Source: a virus. Taken from it: a stretch of DNA of 64,000 nucleotides. The stretch spans positions 1-64,000 of IMG/VR virus record IMGVR_UViG_3300022187_000017, one strand, 5' to 3'. Within the stretch, counting starts at the first letter, position 1. Every line of letters starts with the position of its first letter. Positions 31,279 to 41,456 of the stretch are shown here, in pieces. Below the pieces are notes generated by a model that did not search any database, was not told the origin of the DNA, and was given only the letters and a program-made list of their open reading frames with translations. The translations under genes were made by a program, and so were the position numbers.

Positions 31279-31457
31279 CTGTTACTTCTTAACTTTGTTT
31301 TCAATTCTTTTTTAAAATCAACTAGAGCTACATTCATAATGCTCTTAAAACTATCCTTGAAGTCATCCTCATATTTGAATATAACAGGATATCTTGGTAG
31401 ATCCCTGTACTTCTTGGTTAATGTCCCATCCTTCTTTTTGACTTTATCTTTACTCAC
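31275..31457 (-). CDS. Small basic hypothetical protein
   Basis: 60 aa, GTG start after a TATATTTG promoter-like motif, ATGA overlap with next gene. Confidence 0.5.
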   Translation of the reverse strand: MSKDKVKKKDGTLTKKYRDLPRYPVIFKYEDDFKDSFKSIMNVALVDFKKELKTKLRSNR

Positions 31458-31529
31458 ACTATTTATTAATTATCAAATATAGTAATTATACATTTGTCTT
31501 GCAAGTGGATTGTAAAAATACTTTTAAAA

Positions 31530-31970
31530 CTATTGTGTTACTAAGTATAATACTCCTGCTGCACCTACTACTACAGCTCCACCTACTATCCACTTCTTCC
31601 TTCTTTCCTTCCTTAATTGCTTAGATACCAACTCTAAGTCACTATCTAATGATCCATTTATCTTCCTCAGCCTTATAATCTCTTCATCTCTCTCATTTAG
31701 AGCTGAATTTAATAAGAATACCTGAGACTTATATATGTCTAGAGCATCCTTGAAATTGGTTATCAGCATATCATTATTCTCTAGAGTACGCTTGGCATAC
31801 TTTAACTCAACCCTTTCCTTAGCCAACTGCATCCCTTTCCACTGGAACATAACTGTTAGAGTGGAATCTACTCTAAACTCCTCCCAAACAGTGTCCTTAG
31901 TTGCTCCCTCTGGCTGAGAGTACCCTAAGATACTCACTAGGATCAGTATTGATAGCATTAATTTCTTCAT
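31530..31970 (-). CDS. Secreted/membrane coiled-coil protein, possibly spanin-like
   Basis: N-terminal signal peptide, coiled coil, C-terminal TM helix; overlaps upstream membrane gene by 74 nt. Confidence 0.45.
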   Translation of the reverse strand: MKKLMLSILILVSILGYSQPEGATKDTVWEEFRVDSTLTVMFQWKGMQLAKERVELKYAKRTLENNDMLITNFKDALDIYKSQVFLLNSALNERDEEIIRLRKINGSLDSDLELVSKQLRKERRKKWIVGGAVVVGAAGVLYLVTQ

Positions 31971-32274
31971 CTTTCTTCTTTTTTACATGTGTTTTCCACT
32001 TATTATAGTCTGAAATTGATTTATTTACTATAGAATCAGCTCTATGGCTGGCCTCAGTGTATAACCTATAAATTGAATCACCTCTTTTGCTTATAGAATC
32101 CATTTCATGCATCCAAATCTCTCTCTGATTAGCATGCTCCTTCAATAGATCCTTTGTTGGATCAGGGCCAAAGAATATAGCAATTCCAAACCCTATCACA
32201 AGTGACAGAATCATGGTTATAAGAGTGCTCTTATTGTTACCTACAAATACTTTTATGCCTTCTTTATTCATCAT
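31897..32274 (-). CDS. Membrane-anchored coiled-coil protein, possibly i-spanin-like
   Basis: N-terminal TM (LITMILSLVIGFGIAIFF) followed by helical domain. Confidence 0.45.
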   Translation of the reverse strand: MMNKEGIKVFVGNNKSTLITMILSLVIGFGIAIFFGPDPTKDLLKEHANQREIWMHEMDSISKRGDSIYRLYTEASHRADSIVNKSISDYNKWKTHVKKKKDEEINAINTDPSEYLRVLSARGSN

Positions 32275-34057
32275 CTAGAGCTAATTTATTAAATAATTGC
32301 ATAGCATCCTTCATCATTGGATTACCTTGATACTTCTGTAAGGTAGTTTCTAGAGCTTTCTGGAACCCTTCTTCATCTGGAGCACCTTCATCACCATCTC
32401 CACCATCATCCACTCCTATATCATCCCATTCAGCAGCTGCATCTGTAGACTCTTCCTGCTGGCCTGCCATAGCATCACCTTGGTTCTTAGATAGCCATAT
32501 TTGATTCATGATCATATCATCATCATCAATCTTATCTGCAAGTCCTCTCTTTCTTCTGACTTCTTTAAGTCCCATGAATGAACCTGCTGCTTTAATGTCC
32601 TTATCTAGTTCCTTATCTTCTGACTCTATATCCAATCCTACAAATCTGAATCTGAAAGTTGAATCTATCTGCCAGATGATCCATTTGTTGATCCAGCTTT
32701 CAATAGCCTTCAATAATGGATACAACCCTTTATCTCTGGAGAATTTCATCTTAGCTTCAGTCTCCTGTCCTGAGCTGCTATTTATACCTCCACCTTTATT
32801 GAATTCTATTCCAATTTCCTCTGGAGCTATTTTATATAATGCACAAATGATCTTGATCAGGTATTCCTGCCACTCATTAAACTGCATATCTGCATTGTTC
32901 TTATGTAGATCTATCCACTCAACACCTTCACCCTCTAATACAGGTATCTTGTGAGCATTCTTTGTGCCTACAACCATAGATCTCCACTCCTGCCTTAGCT
33001 CTGCTATCCTGTTTCTATTAAGTCCCTTAGATACCTTTAAAATACCTTTTGGATTTGAACCTTGAGTAAAAAACTTACCATTATACTGATCAGTATTTAA
33101 CTGCCATGTAATGATATTTATAAGATCTTCTAATTCTGACTTACCATATCCATTCTGGTAGATATCTGTTCTGGCATTTCTGACACCATACATAATCTCC
33201 CATGGATAGTAGTCACTTACTATCTTACCATCTACTACCTGCACATGAGAAGGATAATATCCCTTTATCTCTTTTGGCTTGGCTCCAGTTCTAGCTTCAT
33301 AGTTACCAGACTTATCTATATGAGCTTGATAAATAGTTCCTGCATCAACTGCAAAGTATCTTGAAGGATCTCCTCCTCTATTAGGCACTATTTCAGCTGT
33401 AGCTGCATCCAATGTAAGGGAATCCTCAACTATCTTTCTTAGAAAAACAGTAAATGTGTCTGACCCCCATAAAGTTTCACCTTCTTTCTTATCCCCTCCA
33501 TTGAGAAGGAAATTAGTTAAATATTTGACCTGCTTCTTATCCTTTAGTGACATCTTAGGCTCTTCATCTGTATAGAAGTCAGTTGGCTTCTTCTCAATGA
33601 CAAACCCCATATCATACTTCCCCTTTCTAGGAGATGAAAAATTTTCTATTTGTGATTGTCTTGTTGTTATTATAGCTCTAACCACTGTAGTAGAACCCAT
33701 CTTTCTAAGGAATCCGGGTGACAGTTGAGCTCTCTTAGTCTTAAATCCATGCTGAGAATACTGATTCAGATATGGATCTGACATAATAGTAACCCCACCC
33801 TCCTTATTCCTAGCATCTTCATCTAAGATCTCCTCTAGGAATGACTGAGCTTTAATAAGTGTTTTAGGATCATTTGATGACAATGCCTTCTCTAAGAGCA
33901 TGTTTTTCTCTACCTCTAGCAGCTGCTTCTCCAGACCTATTTCTTCAAGTCTGTCTGTTGGCTCAACTGTTGAAGTACTCTCATAATTTCGGTCAAGTGG
34001 TTGCACCTGCACCCCATCTCCAGTGGAGCTGGTAATATAGTTATAAGTGTACTGCAT
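32264..34057 (-). CDS. Portal protein
   Basis: RKIVEDSLTLD, FAVDAGTI, NGYGKSELE, FFTQGSNPKGIL, DMQFNEW...ICALYKIAPEEIG, SRDKGLYPLL motifs of SPO1/Twort-like portals. Confidence 0.92.
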   Translation of the reverse strand: MQYTYNYITSSTGDGVQVQPLDRNYESTSTVEPTDRLEEIGLEKQLLEVEKNMLLEKALSSNDPKTLIKAQSFLEEILDEDARNKEGGVTIMSDPYLNQYSQHGFKTKRAQLSPGFLRKMGSTTVVRAIITTRQSQIENFSSPRKGKYDMGFVIEKKPTDFYTDEEPKMSLKDKKQVKYLTNFLLNGGDKKEGETLWGSDTFTVFLRKIVEDSLTLDAATAEIVPNRGGDPSRYFAVDAGTIYQAHIDKSGNYEARTGAKPKEIKGYYPSHVQVVDGKIVSDYYPWEIMYGVRNARTDIYQNGYGKSELEDLINIITWQLNTDQYNGKFFTQGSNPKGILKVSKGLNRNRIAELRQEWRSMVVGTKNAHKIPVLEGEGVEWIDLHKNNADMQFNEWQEYLIKIICALYKIAPEEIGIEFNKGGGINSSSGQETEAKMKFSRDKGLYPLLKAIESWINKWIIWQIDSTFRFRFVGLDIESEDKELDKDIKAAGSFMGLKEVRRKRGLADKIDDDDMIMNQIWLSKNQGDAMAGQQEESTDAAAEWDDIGVDDGGDGDEGAPDEEGFQKALETTLQKYQGNPMMKDAMQLFNKLALDDE

Positions 34058-34063
34058 TTAACT

Positions 34064-34396
34064 TTAATTTAAGTCCTCATCCTCATCTTCAATAGCAAAT
34101 TCATCTGCATCTCTAACAAATAGAACTACAGTTTCATCTCCTTTGATGACTTCAACTCTTTTCAAAGATTCAATTTCAGATAAGATCATAGCTGTATCTT
34201 CACCTTTCTCAAGTGCATCAGCCTTAAACTTCTCAATTGATCCTTGATCAAATATGTCATAGCCTACACTATATTTCTCATTGAACTGCTCTTGAGTCAT
34301 CCCTTTTAAGATGACTTCATCAGCATTTGAGAATCGACTAATCAAAGTAGATCTTTCTGCTGCTCTTTTAGATTGTATTTCTGATCTAATATCCAT
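34064..34396 (-). CDS. Hypothetical acidic head-module protein
   Basis: Upstream of portal; contains ILKG, LEKG, VIKG motifs. Confidence 0.55.
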   Translation of the reverse strand: MDIRSEIQSKRAAERSTLISRFSNADEVILKGMTQEQFNEKYSVGYDIFDQGSIEKFKADALEKGEDTAMILSEIESLKRVEVIKGDETVVLFVRDADEFAIEDEDEDLN

Positions 34397-34998
34397 TATA
34401 CTAATAATTTTAACATTTGTCCTGACAATTCCACTTCAGATTTATCTCCAAGTGAATTAATTATACCATCAATGAACAGCTTATCAGCTGACTTACTAAT
34501 GTAAGAGCTAACACAGTTATTATATTCATTCATGTATTTTTTTATATCTGCAGATTTCTCAACCTGAACATCTCCCATTTTAGTTAGATCTGAAGATCCA
34601 TAGTCTCCACCCATTGTAACTGGCTCATCATAAGATTTGATTTCTCTCTCTTTACCATACTTCTGCTCATAAGTGAACATATTGGGTAAATATGGAAATG
34701 CCTCTTTCCTCAATCCTTGTAGAGTGTATGAAGAAGGTGCCTTCATTGGAATGTCATTACATCCAAAAGACTTTATCATAGATAGAGCAATAGCCATCTT
34801 TGATTTCAACTCTTGACAATGAGATTCTAATGATATCCCTACCTTGGCCAGTAATACTTTGAGCTCCTTACCATTCTTCTTGATCTCAAATCCTTTACCA
34901 TAAGTGAAGTCATCTATTATCCCCTTAGATAGATCTAAATCCTTAGAGGATCTTATAGCCTTCTCTAACTTTACTAAATTTATTTCTTTTGCTTCCAT
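34396..34998 (-). CDS. Hypothetical head-module protein
   Basis: First gene of portal operon; LEKA, LSKG, VEKS, ISKS motifs. Confidence 0.55.
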   Translation of the reverse strand: MEAKEINLVKLEKAIRSSKDLDLSKGIIDDFTYGKGFEIKKNGKELKVLLAKVGISLESHCQELKSKMAIALSMIKSFGCNDIPMKAPSSYTLQGLRKEAFPYLPNMFTYEQKYGKEREIKSYDEPVTMGGDYGSSDLTKMGDVQVEKSADIKKYMNEYNNCVSSYISKSADKLFIDGIINSLGDKSEVELSGQMLKLLV

Positions 34999-35059
34999 TT
35001 TTTATTGACTAAATATGTCTAATGATTACAATATAAGGAAAATTTATTTCTATATAAAC

Positions 35060-35089
35060 AAAAAGGCCTTAAATTAATTAAGGCCTTTT
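35060..35089. terminator. Rho-independent terminator (potentially bidirectional)
   Basis: AAAAAGGCCTTAA-ATTAA-TTAAGGCCTTTT inverted repeat. Confidence 0.75.
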
Positions 35090-35176
35090 CGCATTGCGTA
35101 AAAAGAGAATAGAGATTGTGATTAATATCACATAGAAGTAATATACGTCTATTATTCTATACTCCAACTACTAGAC

Positions 35177-35632
35177 CTACTTTTTTTCTTTATTTTCTAT
35201 AAAGTTTTTTCTGGAGGCCTCCCTTAGCTGCAAATGCTTCTTTGTAACTGGGATTTTATCTCCTACTTTTAGGTTCATTTTCTTCAACTGGCCAGTGATA
35301 TCCATCTCAACATCAATCTCATCTATCACCATCTCTTGATCAGCTGGCTCCTCTGGCTGTGCTGGCTGTGCTAATGCATTTGATATAGATGATTGTAATA
35401 CACCTACAGCTGCAAAGAAGTCAATCTCCTTCTGAGTCCTTGTAAGAATCAGAGTCTTAACCTGATTGTTCTTCAGTTTGTCAACTACAATCCTGTAATC
35501 AACCTCTTCTGGGATAGGGATCTCTGAGATACTTATATTATTTAGATCCACAATCTCCTGTTTTTCTTTTGCACCCTCTACAGCTTCTGTAGCTTTAATG
35601 GCATCTTTTTTCTCGTCTTTTACTACTTCCAT
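35177..35632 (-). CDS. Hypothetical protein
   Basis: 151 aa ORF with TATATTTG motif upstream (35668-35675). Confidence 0.6.
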   Translation of the reverse strand: MEVVKDEKKDAIKATEAVEGAKEKQEIVDLNNISISEIPIPEEVDYRIVVDKLKNNQVKTLILTRTQKEIDFFAAVGVLQSSISNALAQPAQPEEPADQEMVIDEIDVEMDITGQLKKMNLKVGDKIPVTKKHLQLREASRKNFIENKEKK

Positions 35633-35713
35633 TTTTACATTTTAGATTATTTATTATTTTTATGCTCCAAATATAGTGATTATATAGATACCAAAAAAAT
35701 ATTCATAGAACTA

Positions 35714-36346
35714 TTAATCCTCTGGCATGATCTCATTCTCCTCATCCTTTGGTAAATTATAGTCTCCATTCTCACTAAAATCTGATTCATCATACCCTCC
35801 TCTATATTGATCACCCCTCCTATTATTATCTTTCCAGTCATCATTTCTGGTGCCTCCTTCTATAACATATAATAGCCTATCTACTTTCTTTCTTATCCAG
35901 TCAGCCATCAACTTAATAGAATATGATACTGCATCAAATTCTGTTAACTCCTGTCCTGTTCTTATTGAATATAGATTACCTAGTGTAGAGTACCCCTCAT
36001 GCAGTGATAGGATCATTAGTCCCCAATTAAGCATCTTTACTGCATCATCTGTAAATAGTGAATATATTGTTGCTAATATAACTGGAAAGATCAGCATAAC
36101 GAACTTAGAGGCTACCCTTCTAAGTCCTGTTTTGCTGTCTGGCCTTCTCATAGTTGGAACCACTATTGACTTTACAATACCTGTAATAATATCAAATGTC
36201 CACAGTAGTAGAAATACCCCTAGGAATTTAACATTTACCCCATAATCTGCTAACCAATATAACATAGATGCACCAAAGTAAGGTGCTGATTTTAATAGTC
36301 CAGTAAAACTCATGTCTATTTTTAGTATTCTATCAAGCATTATCAA
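35714..36346 (-). CDS. Holin (phage holin family 4-like)
   Basis: Three TM segments, DIITGIVKS...KTGLRRVASK...EGYSTLGNL, acidic C-terminal tail. Confidence 0.75.
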   Translation of the reverse strand: MIMLDRILKIDMSFTGLLKSAPYFGASMLYWLADYGVNVKFLGVFLLLWTFDIITGIVKSIVVPTMRRPDSKTGLRRVASKFVMLIFPVILATIYSLFTDDAVKMLNWGLMILSLHEGYSTLGNLYSIRTGQELTEFDAVSYSIKLMADWIRKKVDRLLYVIEGGTRNDDWKDNNRRGDQYRGGYDESDFSENGDYNLPKDEENEIMPED

Positions 36347-36366
36347 TTGATTTATGCGGTTTTTAT

Positions 36367-37296
36367 TTATCCTATCTTTCTAATTATAAAGTCTAATTCA
36401 CTCTCTCCACCTGTTGTATCCTCAAGTCCATTAAGATCTGCCAATACTTCCTGCCCTGCTGCTACTAGAGCATCTCTAATAGCTTTTCCTTGATATGGGC
36501 TATGTTCCTGATCAAATAAAATACAATCATCCACAACTAACTCCAATGAACTTGCTGACCATACCCTAGTAGGTACTGACTTCACTGCTATATTAGAGAG
36601 CATATCATAATAACTATCTCTTAATGTAGTAAATGTTGGATCTTCAAAATCACTCCATTCATCAAATCCATTACCATATGTTCTATCAACTCTTTGCTTT
36701 GCAGCTGGATCATCATCATATTGGCAGCTTACATCATAACCACTGGATACAAAGTCAGCAAATATGACTGACTCCCATTGAGGATACCAATATCCTGCCT
36801 GTGGGCCTTGTAGTGCTATTGCAACTACATCAGCATCTTCATCTTCAATGGCACTTCCACCACCTGCAGCAAAAGTATTATAGCCTATGTGTTGAGCTAT
36901 ACCTGTACCTGCAGAGCTACCTCTTATTACAAATTTGTTTTTATCAAGATTGAAGAATGTTGCCCAGAACTTTAGAAACTTCACTGCTCTTACTCCTGAG
37001 TCAAATGCTTTTCTAAATCCATTTAATTCAATATCTGTATTTACAAAAGGATAGTTTACTGTAGCTATTGCAATACCATTGGATAAGAAGTTCTCTACAT
37101 CAGTTAGACTTATACCAGTCTTATCTAATGCAACAAAACCACCACCATGAAAATGTACTACTATACCTGTTGTGGGTACTGAAGTAGGTATCCATATATC
37201 TAACACCTCTTTATTCTCATACCCATATTGAATATTATTATAAAAAGTATGAGGTGTTACCAATGTATGGTATGAAGATGATGATATAAACCCCAT
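36367..37296 (-). CDS. Alpha/beta-hydrolase (HSL/BD-FAE-type esterase/lipase)
   Basis: LDIWIP, HFHGGGF oxyanion motif, VNY, GSSAG nucleophile elbow, C-terminal His. Confidence 0.85.
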   Translation of the reverse strand: MGFISSSSYHTLVTPHTFYNNIQYGYENKEVLDIWIPTSVPTTGIVVHFHGGGFVALDKTGISLTDVENFLSNGIAIATVNYPFVNTDIELNGFRKAFDSGVRAVKFLKFWATFFNLDKNKFVIRGSSAGTGIAQHIGYNTFAAGGGSAIEDEDADVVAIALQGPQAGYWYPQWESVIFADFVSSGYDVSCQYDDDPAAKQRVDRTYGNGFDEWSDFEDPTFTTLRDSYYDMLSNIAVKSVPTRVWSASSLELVVDDCILFDQEHSPYQGKAIRDALVAAGQEVLADLNGLEDTTGGESELDFIIRKIG

Positions 37297-37299
37297 ATA

Positions 37300-38334
37300 T
37301 TACCAAGTTGCAAATGTTAGTGAGGCTCTTGTCCAAACATTATCTGCATCACATTTATAAACAAAATCTCCTACCACTCTCCTTTCTCCTGCTTTACCAG
37401 AGGCAGTAGCACTTGCTGGAGCAACTGATCCTCCAAAGAACCCGTCTATCTCTTTTACCTGCCCACCAGCATCAACACCTAATGATCTAGTTGTTACTCC
37501 AATGGTAGTAGCATCTTGATCAGCATGTGCAAATCCTTGTACATAAGTTCCTGTACCATAATTGGATAATTCAAATCCTTTATCAAAAGAACTATAATAA
37601 GGAGTAAACCATGCTCTAGCAAGTCCTCCCCCGGGTGTTCCTGATACTCGAATCTCTACTGAGGGTTCTGTATCAAATCTAGAATTTGTAAGTGTCTTAG
37701 TTGCCTGTTGTACATAAGCATATCCATCCCCAGTACGACTATTGGCTATTCTAGTTACCCAATCTGTACTTACATCTAAATCATCAGGAAATACAGAGAA
37801 ACTAGCTAATTGTGCTGGTACTAATGATTGTATTCCAACTCCTACAGACATTTTACCTGCCGCTCCACTGGCTGCACTTACATCTCCATTATAAAGGAAT
37901 GACCTATATCCAGCTTGACCACCTACCCCAAACCAGTCAAATAAATTTGCCTCTATATTATCAGCAGGCACTCCTAATTCACTTAATACATTTTGTCCAC
38001 CGAATTGAACTCTAGATATTGCTCCTGATGTCCAAGTGTAATCAAATTTTACACCTCCAGTTGCTCCAACTTGAGTTCCTACTATATCCAATTGCTCTTC
38101 TGGAGTAGCCTCACCTAGTCCTAATTTGGCTGTTCTGTAGGCATCTACTGTTATGTCTGTATTTGGTAATCCTGTACCTACATCAGCTAATGGAGAATCT
38201 GTTCCATCTTCTTTGATAAGTAGATTGAGTAGTTTATCTAAGATCTCTACTGCCTTATTTTGCACAGGCTCATTACCCGGATTGTTTGCTGCCTTAACTA
38301 GTAGTGCTAAAAATTGTTCTGTATTTGTTGCCAT
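37300..38334 (-). CDS. Fibre-like protein
   Basis: KLGLGEATPEEQLDIVG repeat motif and C-terminal PASATASGKAGE....FVYKC..DNVWTR, both common in phage fibres. Confidence 0.6.
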   Translation of the reverse strand: MATNTEQFLALLVKAANNPGNEPVQNKAVEILDKLLNLLIKEDGTDSPLADVGTGLPNTDITVDAYRTAKLGLGEATPEEQLDIVGTQVGATGGVKFDYTWTSGAISRVQFGGQNVLSELGVPADNIEANLFDWFGVGGQAGYRSFLYNGDVSAASGAAGKMSVGVGIQSLVPAQLASFSVFPDDLDVSTDWVTRIANSRTGDGYAYVQQATKTLTNSRFDTEPSVEIRVSGTPGGGLARAWFTPYYSSFDKGFELSNYGTGTYVQGFAHADQDATTIGVTTRSLGVDAGGQVKEIDGFFGGSVAPASATASGKAGERRVVGDFVYKCDADNVWTRASLTFATW

Positions 38335-38405
38335 CTTATATACTATTAATTGTAATCATCAATTGTGAACATTAGTTTTAATGCCCTTCTGATCTACTTT
38401 TACCA

Positions 38406-39200
38406 TTATGAACCGTTACGAACCCAATAACTTACAAATAACCTATCTCCTGCTGCTACTACATAGTTATTAGGAATTATCAAATCCCCATCTGAAGGAT
38501 TATAACTTGGATTGGTCACACTAAATGTTCTCTCTAATGCTTGAGTAGAGTCAACTATTATTCTTGCATCTGATGCTCCCATATCTGGAGCTTGAAAAGA
38601 TACTGTAGCAAAAAAAAGTTCTCCTAATGGTGAATTGAATCCTAGAGTCTCACCAGCCAATACTGCTTCTAATGATAACAACTCTGGTTGAAGATCAAAT
38701 GATACATCTGAGAATCCTGATATATCTTTAACTAATACTGCTTCTTCATCTCCCACACCTGCATATACAAATGTTACATCTTCTGTTGATGCATCTGGAA
38801 ATGTTACTCTAAATACTGCTGTAAATGAATCTAAGGTTACTGCATTATCATCATCAGCCTTCTTGAATGAGTACTTCATTGTATCATTTCCTATAGAAGA
38901 TGTTGCTACCTCTGGAGTAAGTCTGATATCTAGTGCATTGAAAACGGATGTTTCATGGCTAACCTCTGTCACTACCCCTCCTTCAGGAACTCCTAAATCA
39001 GCATAGTTTTCATATGTTCCTGCTGTATCTACTATTATTCTACCATCAATAGATCCAGATGCTATTGCTAATTCCTCTATTAATTCTGCTAGTGGATTCG
39101 CCATCTCTTCTCTGATAGTATCCAAACCTGCAGAATTAGCAGTTATCTTTTCTATTATACTAATAAGATCCTTTGCTGATTTTTGTTTATTTATTGCCAT
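38406..39200 (-). CDS. Putative decoration/fibre-associated structural protein
   Basis: Acidic beta-rich protein; shared N-terminal motif. Confidence 0.45.
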   Translation of the reverse strand: MAINKQKSAKDLISIIEKITANSAGLDTIREEMANPLAELIEELAIASGSIDGRIIVDTAGTYENYADLGVPEGGVVTEVSHETSVFNALDIRLTPEVATSSIGNDTMKYSFKKADDDNAVTLDSFTAVFRVTFPDASTEDVTFVYAGVGDEEAVLVKDISGFSDVSFDLQPELLSLEAVLAGETLGFNSPLGELFFATVSFQAPDMGASDARIIVDSTQALERTFSVTNPSYNPSDGDLIIPNNYVVAAGDRLFVSYWVRNGS

Positions 39201-39217
39201 GTCTTGTTTATTAATTA

Positions 39218-39796
39218 TTAATTGTAATCATCAATTGAGAATAGTAACTGTAGTGTCCAGTCTCCATCTCCTAATGTTGCATCTCCTGTATTGGCTTTCA
39301 ACATCACCCTATCATTAAATGACATAGGATCTCCAGTTGCTCCTGACTTATCTATTCTTCTTAAATAGTCTGCTGCATCATTTGGTGCTGCTAATACTAC
39401 AATTGTCTGTCCTAGAGTCTCATAATAAACTTCCATATCAGCTGGGAAGTTAAAATTAACTCCATTATGAACTAATCTTTCAGATCCTGCAATGAATCTG
39501 TATGTTTTAAGTGATCCGGGTGCTGGAGCTATCTCCTGTGGAGTAGTATTCAATGCTTTTGCTTCTGCTGGAGTTAGTGGTAGTATAAACTTCTCAATAA
39601 CTGTATTTGATGCTGCTGCAACTGCTGTCCATTTCGTACTAACATCAGTGGCAAATGTTCCTGATGTGTGAGCTGTATTACATAAATATATTGCTCCTGT
39701 TTGGGTTATACAATCACCTACTTGATAAGCTACTCCTGTTACCCATGCTGTAAGTTGAATTGCTGTTTTTGATATGACTCTTCCTTTGAACTCCAT
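39218..39796 (-). CDS. Structural protein with CBM5/12-like carbohydrate-binding motif
   Basis: AWVTGVAYQVGDCIT..GAIYLCNTAHTS. Confidence 0.6.
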   Translation of the reverse strand: MEFKGRVISKTAIQLTAWVTGVAYQVGDCITQTGAIYLCNTAHTSGTFATDVSTKWTAVAAASNTVIEKFILPLTPAEAKALNTTPQEIAPAPGSLKTYRFIAGSERLVHNGVNFNFPADMEVYYETLGQTIVVLAAPNDAADYLRRIDKSGATGDPMSFNDRVMLKANTGDATLGDGDWTLQLLFSIDDYN

Positions 39797-39797
39797 G

Positions 39798-40661
39798 TTA
39801 TATAATTATTGCTCTTCCGTTAAATTCTAACCCAACACCTACTGTAATTGTTACATCCCCATTTGTTGGATCTACATTGACTGAATCCACACCTATTACA
39901 TTATCTGTTGCATCATCAATCACTTGCACTATTGGATTAACTCCCTTCCCATGGACTGCTCCTGTTACAGTTACTGCTTCAGATGAAAAGTCTCCAATGA
40001 CGAATTCAAATGTATATTTGAACCCTGATGCAATTCCTGCCAGAGATACTGAACTATTAAATCCTCCATTGGCTCCTGTGAAGTTAAGGCTACTACCTAC
40101 TATTTCTACATTTGAAATTACTCCATCTGCTGCTGCTGATGTAGTTGTGACTGGAGTATATACTGTCTTATATGTTATTGCATCTGTATCTACTGTGAAC
40201 CCTGCTACATTGGTAAGATTGTATGGCTGAAACATCTTTCCTCCATTTACTCCTCCATTGTGAACTACTATCAGATGATTCCCCAATACTGATGTTGAGA
40301 ATCGATCTGGCCTTGTTAAGTTTCCTGCTCCATCTGCTTCATACAATCCATTCTGAGTAGCTACTGTCTGGCCATATAGCAATACTATAGATCCTGCTAC
40401 CAACCCCACACCATCTACTGATGTTATTCCTGTGAGTGCTGAATTATCACTGTCAGCTGCATCTGCCTTGAATACTGACTCTTCTGATGATAGAGGAACC
40501 CATGCTGAGTTAATGAAGTCATACCTCATCAATGTTACTTCAGCTCCTAGTGCCACTGTTTCCTTTGCCCAGAGCACATATGTCTTTGGTGTTACTAGAT
40601 CACTCTCTAGTGGTTGTGTAAAGGATTTGACTAATCCTACTATGTTTCCAAAATCTGCCAT
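39798..40661 (-). CDS. Fibre/head-decoration-like protein
   Basis: VDGV.LVAGSIVLL.GQT.ATQNGLY motif and C-terminal HG.G..PIVQV.D domain. Confidence 0.6.
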   Translation of the reverse strand: MADFGNIVGLVKSFTQPLESDLVTPKTYVLWAKETVALGAEVTLMRYDFINSAWVPLSSEESVFKADAADSDNSALTGITSVDGVGLVAGSIVLLYGQTVATQNGLYEADGAGNLTRPDRFSTSVLGNHLIVVHNGGVNGGKMFQPYNLTNVAGFTVDTDAITYKTVYTPVTTTSAAADGVISNVEIVGSSLNFTGANGGFNSSVSLAGIASGFKYTFEFVIGDFSSEAVTVTGAVHGKGVNPIVQVIDDATDNVIGVDSVNVDPTNGDVTITVGVGLEFNGRAIII

Positions 40662-40903
40662 TAGTTATTATTAAATTGCATGTTCTTATATGGATCAAAA
40701 TAGAACCTGTCTATCTGAGATCCTGATCCTGCTAAATTACCACTAGCATCTAGTACTGCAGTAAATTGTGCTGAAGGATCTGTAATGTCTAGATTGCCAT
40801 AAGCATCTATAGTGAAGGTCACTAGTGTAGTAACTCCAGATGCTGTCAGAGCTTCTTCTGCACAGATCTCCTTCTTTATATCACAAAGGCTCCTGCAGTT
40901 CAT
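40661..40903 (-). CDS. Small hypothetical structural protein
   Basis: FTIDAYGNL / LDASGNL repeats; coupled to neighbours. Confidence 0.5.
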   Translation of the reverse strand: MNCRSLCDIKKEICAEEALTASGVTTLVTFTIDAYGNLDITDPSAQFTAVLDASGNLAGSGSQIDRFYFDPYKNMQFNNN

Positions 40904-40904
40904 C

Positions 40905-41288
40905 TTAGTGAGGTTTACCTGTTACTACGATTACTACCTTACCTACTGATCCCCAAGTTATAGCTGATAGATCCATCTTGAAGTATCTTGCTAAGTGTTG
41001 TGGTACAACTTGCATTGCTGTACTATTTGCAACCATTGCAAGACTAAAAGCAGTGCTATAAGCTATCCCTGCTGCTCCTTTAATCCCAGCTTCTGTTGCT
41101 GTAATTGTTCCAGAAGTTCCTGTTGCTCCAATATGCTGAACTGTAACTGCTATTGTTTTACAAGATAAGAAGTCAAACCATAAGTTCTGTCTGATTGATT
41201 CTCCTGCTCCTAAATCTATATCTATTTTATATTCCCTTGAAGTTGGGCCTTGATAATCCTTAAAATCTTTGATCTTAGCTGATGCCAT
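40905..41288 (-). CDS. Hypothetical beta-sandwich structural protein
   Basis: 127 aa ORF heading the fibre operon. Confidence 0.5.
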   Translation of the reverse strand: MASAKIKDFKDYQGPTSREYKIDIDLGAGESIRQNLWFDFLSCKTIAVTVQHIGATGTSGTITATEAGIKGAAGIAYSTAFSLAMVANSTAMQVVPQHLARYFKMDLSAITWGSVGKVVIVVTGKPH

Positions 41289-41456
41289 AATATATATATT
41301 TGTCTCGACTCTTAAATTCCCTGTGAGTCATAAATTAAACTTAACTATCACTTAATATACTGATTTTTTCTTTAACAAGATCTATTTTTATAAAAAAGAA
41401 AAGCCAAAACATTTCTGCTCTGACCTCTCCCCATCATGAAAAAAATTATCTTTATA

